DNA of 63,955 nucleotides, filler included. It is 12 parts of 12 records of this genome, joined end to end, with 100 filler letters (N's around TTAATTAATTAA, not from the genome) between each part and the next. Parts side by side here need not be neighbours in the genome. Positions count along the whole stretch, not along the records: positions 61,183 to 63,955 come from SRR11831586_1314; 11 more parts are not named here. One strand, 5' to 3'. This document shows, in pieces, positions 62,478 to 63,955 of the stretch. The notes below the pieces were generated by a model, which was not told where the DNA came from, ran no database searches, and saw nothing but the letters and a program-made list of their open reading frames with translations. Every line of letters begins with the position of its first letter. Positions within the stretch are counted from its first letter, which is position 1. Made by a program: the position numbers and the translations under genes.

Positions 62478-62562
62478 TCACTCTGCCAGATGGCGCAATG
62501 CCATCTGGTATCACTTAAAGGTATTAAAAACAACTTTTTGTCTTTTTACCTTCCCGTTTCGC

Positions 62563-62587
62563 TCAAGTTAGTATAAAAAAGCAGGCT
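62563..62587 (-). other. Phage lambda attB, unoccupied
   Basis: Minus strand AGCCTGCTTTTTTATACTAACTTGA with the 15-bp core at 62568-62582, between ybhB and ybhC. Confidence 0.95.
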
Positions 62588-62628
62588 TCAACGGATTCAT
62601 TTTTCTATTTCATAGCCCGGAGCAACCT

Positions 62629-63912
62629 GTGAACACATTTTCAGTTTCCCGTCTGGCGCTGGCATTGGCTTTTGGCGTGACGCTGACCGCCTGTAGCTCA
62701 ACCCCGCCCGATCAACGTCCTTCTGATCAAACCGCGCCTGGTACCTCTTCTCGCCCGATTCTGTCGGCAAAAGAAGCGCAGAATTTCGATGCTCAACACT
62801 ATTTTGCATCCCTGACACCAGGTGCTGCAGCGTGGAATCCTTCCCCGATTACCCTGCCTGCGCAACCTGACTTTGTTGTCGGCCCGGCGGGCACTCAAGG
62901 TGTAACGCATACCACGATTCAGGCGGCGGTAGATGCGGCAATTATCAAGCGTACCAACAAGCGCCAGTATATTGCCGTGATGCCTGGTGAGTATCAGGGA
63001 ACGGTATATGTCCCTGCCGCTCCGGGTGGAATTACTCTGTACGGTACAGGTGAAAAACCGATTGATGTGAAGATTGGGCTTTCCCTTGATGGTGGCATGA
63101 GCCCTGCCGACTGGCGTCACGACGTCAACCCGCGCGGCAAATATATGCCAGGTAAACCAGCGTGGTATATGTACGATAGCTGCCAGAGCAAACGCAGCGA
63201 CAGTATCGGTGTTCTCTGCTCTGCGGTCTTCTGGTCACAAAACAATGGCCTGCAACTGCAAAATCTGACCATCGAAAACACGCTGGGCGATAGCGTAGAT
63301 GCAGGTAACCATCCGGCGGTGGCACTGCGTACTGATGGTGACCAGGTACAGATTAACAACGTTAACATTCTCGGTCGTCAGAACACCTTCTTTGTCACCA
63401 ACAGCGGTGTGCAGAACCGTCTGGAAACGAATCGTCAGCCGCGTACGCTGGTGACCAACAGCTACATTGAAGGGGATGTGGATATCGTTTCTGGTCGCGG
63501 CGCAGTGGTGTTCGATAACACCGAATTCCGCGTGGTGAACTCACGTACTCAGCAAGAAGCGTATGTGTTTGCACCGGCTACGCTGTCCAACATTTACTAC
63601 GGTTTCCTCGCCGTAAACAGCCGTTTCAATGCTTTCGGTGATGGTGTGGCGCAACTGGGCCGCTCGCTGGATGTTGATGCCAATACCAACGGTCAGGTGG
63701 TGATCCGTGATAGCGCCATCAACGAAGGTTTTAACACGGCTAAACCGTGGGCCGATGCGGTGATCTCTAATCGTCCGTTTGCGGGTAATACCGGCAGCGT
63801 AGATGATAACGACGAAATACAGCGCAATCTGAATGACACTAACTACAACCGCATGTGGGAATACAATAACCGCGGCGTGGGTAGTAAAGTGGTTGCAGAG
63901 GCGAAGAAGTAA
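62629..63912 (+). CDS. ybhC: Outer membrane lipoprotein with pectinesterase-like fold
   Basis: GTG start; 427 aa; LTAC lipobox; EGDVDIVSG motif. Confidence 0.95.
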   Translation: MNTFSVSRLALALAFGVTLTACSSTPPDQRPSDQTAPGTSSRPILSAKEAQNFDAQHYFASLTPGAAAWNPSPITLPAQPDFVVGPAGTQGVTHTTIQAAVDAAIIKRTNKRQYIAVMPGEYQGTVYVPAAPGGITLYGTGEKPIDVKIGLSLDGGMSPADWRHDVNPRGKYMPGKPAWYMYDSCQSKRSDSIGVLCSAVFWSQNNGLQLQNLTIENTLGDSVDAGNHPAVALRTDGDQVQINNVNILGRQNTFFVTNSGVQNRLETNRQPRTLVTNSYIEGDVDIVSGRGAVVFDNTEFRVVNSRTQQEAYVFAPATLSNIYYGFLAVNSRFNAFGDGVAQLGRSLDVDANTNGQVVIRDSAINEGFNTAKPWADAVISNRPFAGNTGSVDDNDEIQRNLNDTNYNRMWEYNNRGVGSKVVAEAKK

Positions 63913-63927
63913 GAGCAATTAACTATT

Positions 63928-63955
63928 TGCCGGATGCGGCGTAAACGCCTTATCC
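63928..63955. repeat. REP element, truncated at window end
   Basis: TGCCGGATGCGGCGTAAACGCCTTATCC. Confidence 0.88.

Overview
This window is not one locus. It is 12 unrelated contigs joined by an artificial 100-bp linker (44 N + TTAATTAATTAA + 44 N). Nine contigs look like E. coli K-12 chromosome: leuO-ilvIH-cra-dcw cluster; ycaQ-lpxK-msbA-ycaI-ihfB-rpsA; yafV-ivy-fadE-gmhA; tolC-ygiBCD-zupT-ribB; csiD-lhgO-gabD; wcaDEF-gmd-fcl; yjeM-epmA-frdABCD-ampC-blc-gdx-ecnAB-efp-epmB; narZ; and bioA-ybhB-attLambda-ybhC. One contig is the F-plasmid tra region (traU-trbC-traN-trbE-traF). Two contigs (54438-56552 and 59083-61082) are eukaryotic nuclear DNA with short GT-AG introns, which the ORF track misses. 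They carry the last exon of a CELF/Bruno RNA-binding protein gene, a complete 4-exon mitochondrial pyruvate carrier MPC1 gene, a small orphan gene and a BTB-BACK gene. The two eukaryotic contigs appear to be neighbours broken at a (CA)n microsatellite, because the BTB-BACK gene can be spliced in phase across them. I see no previously undescribed bacterial system; the bacterial part reads as an F+/F', lambda-minus laboratory strain (contaminant, cloning host or food). The novelty, if any, lies in the unidentified eukaryote. Gene names and reference comparisons come from my recall of the families, not from a database search.
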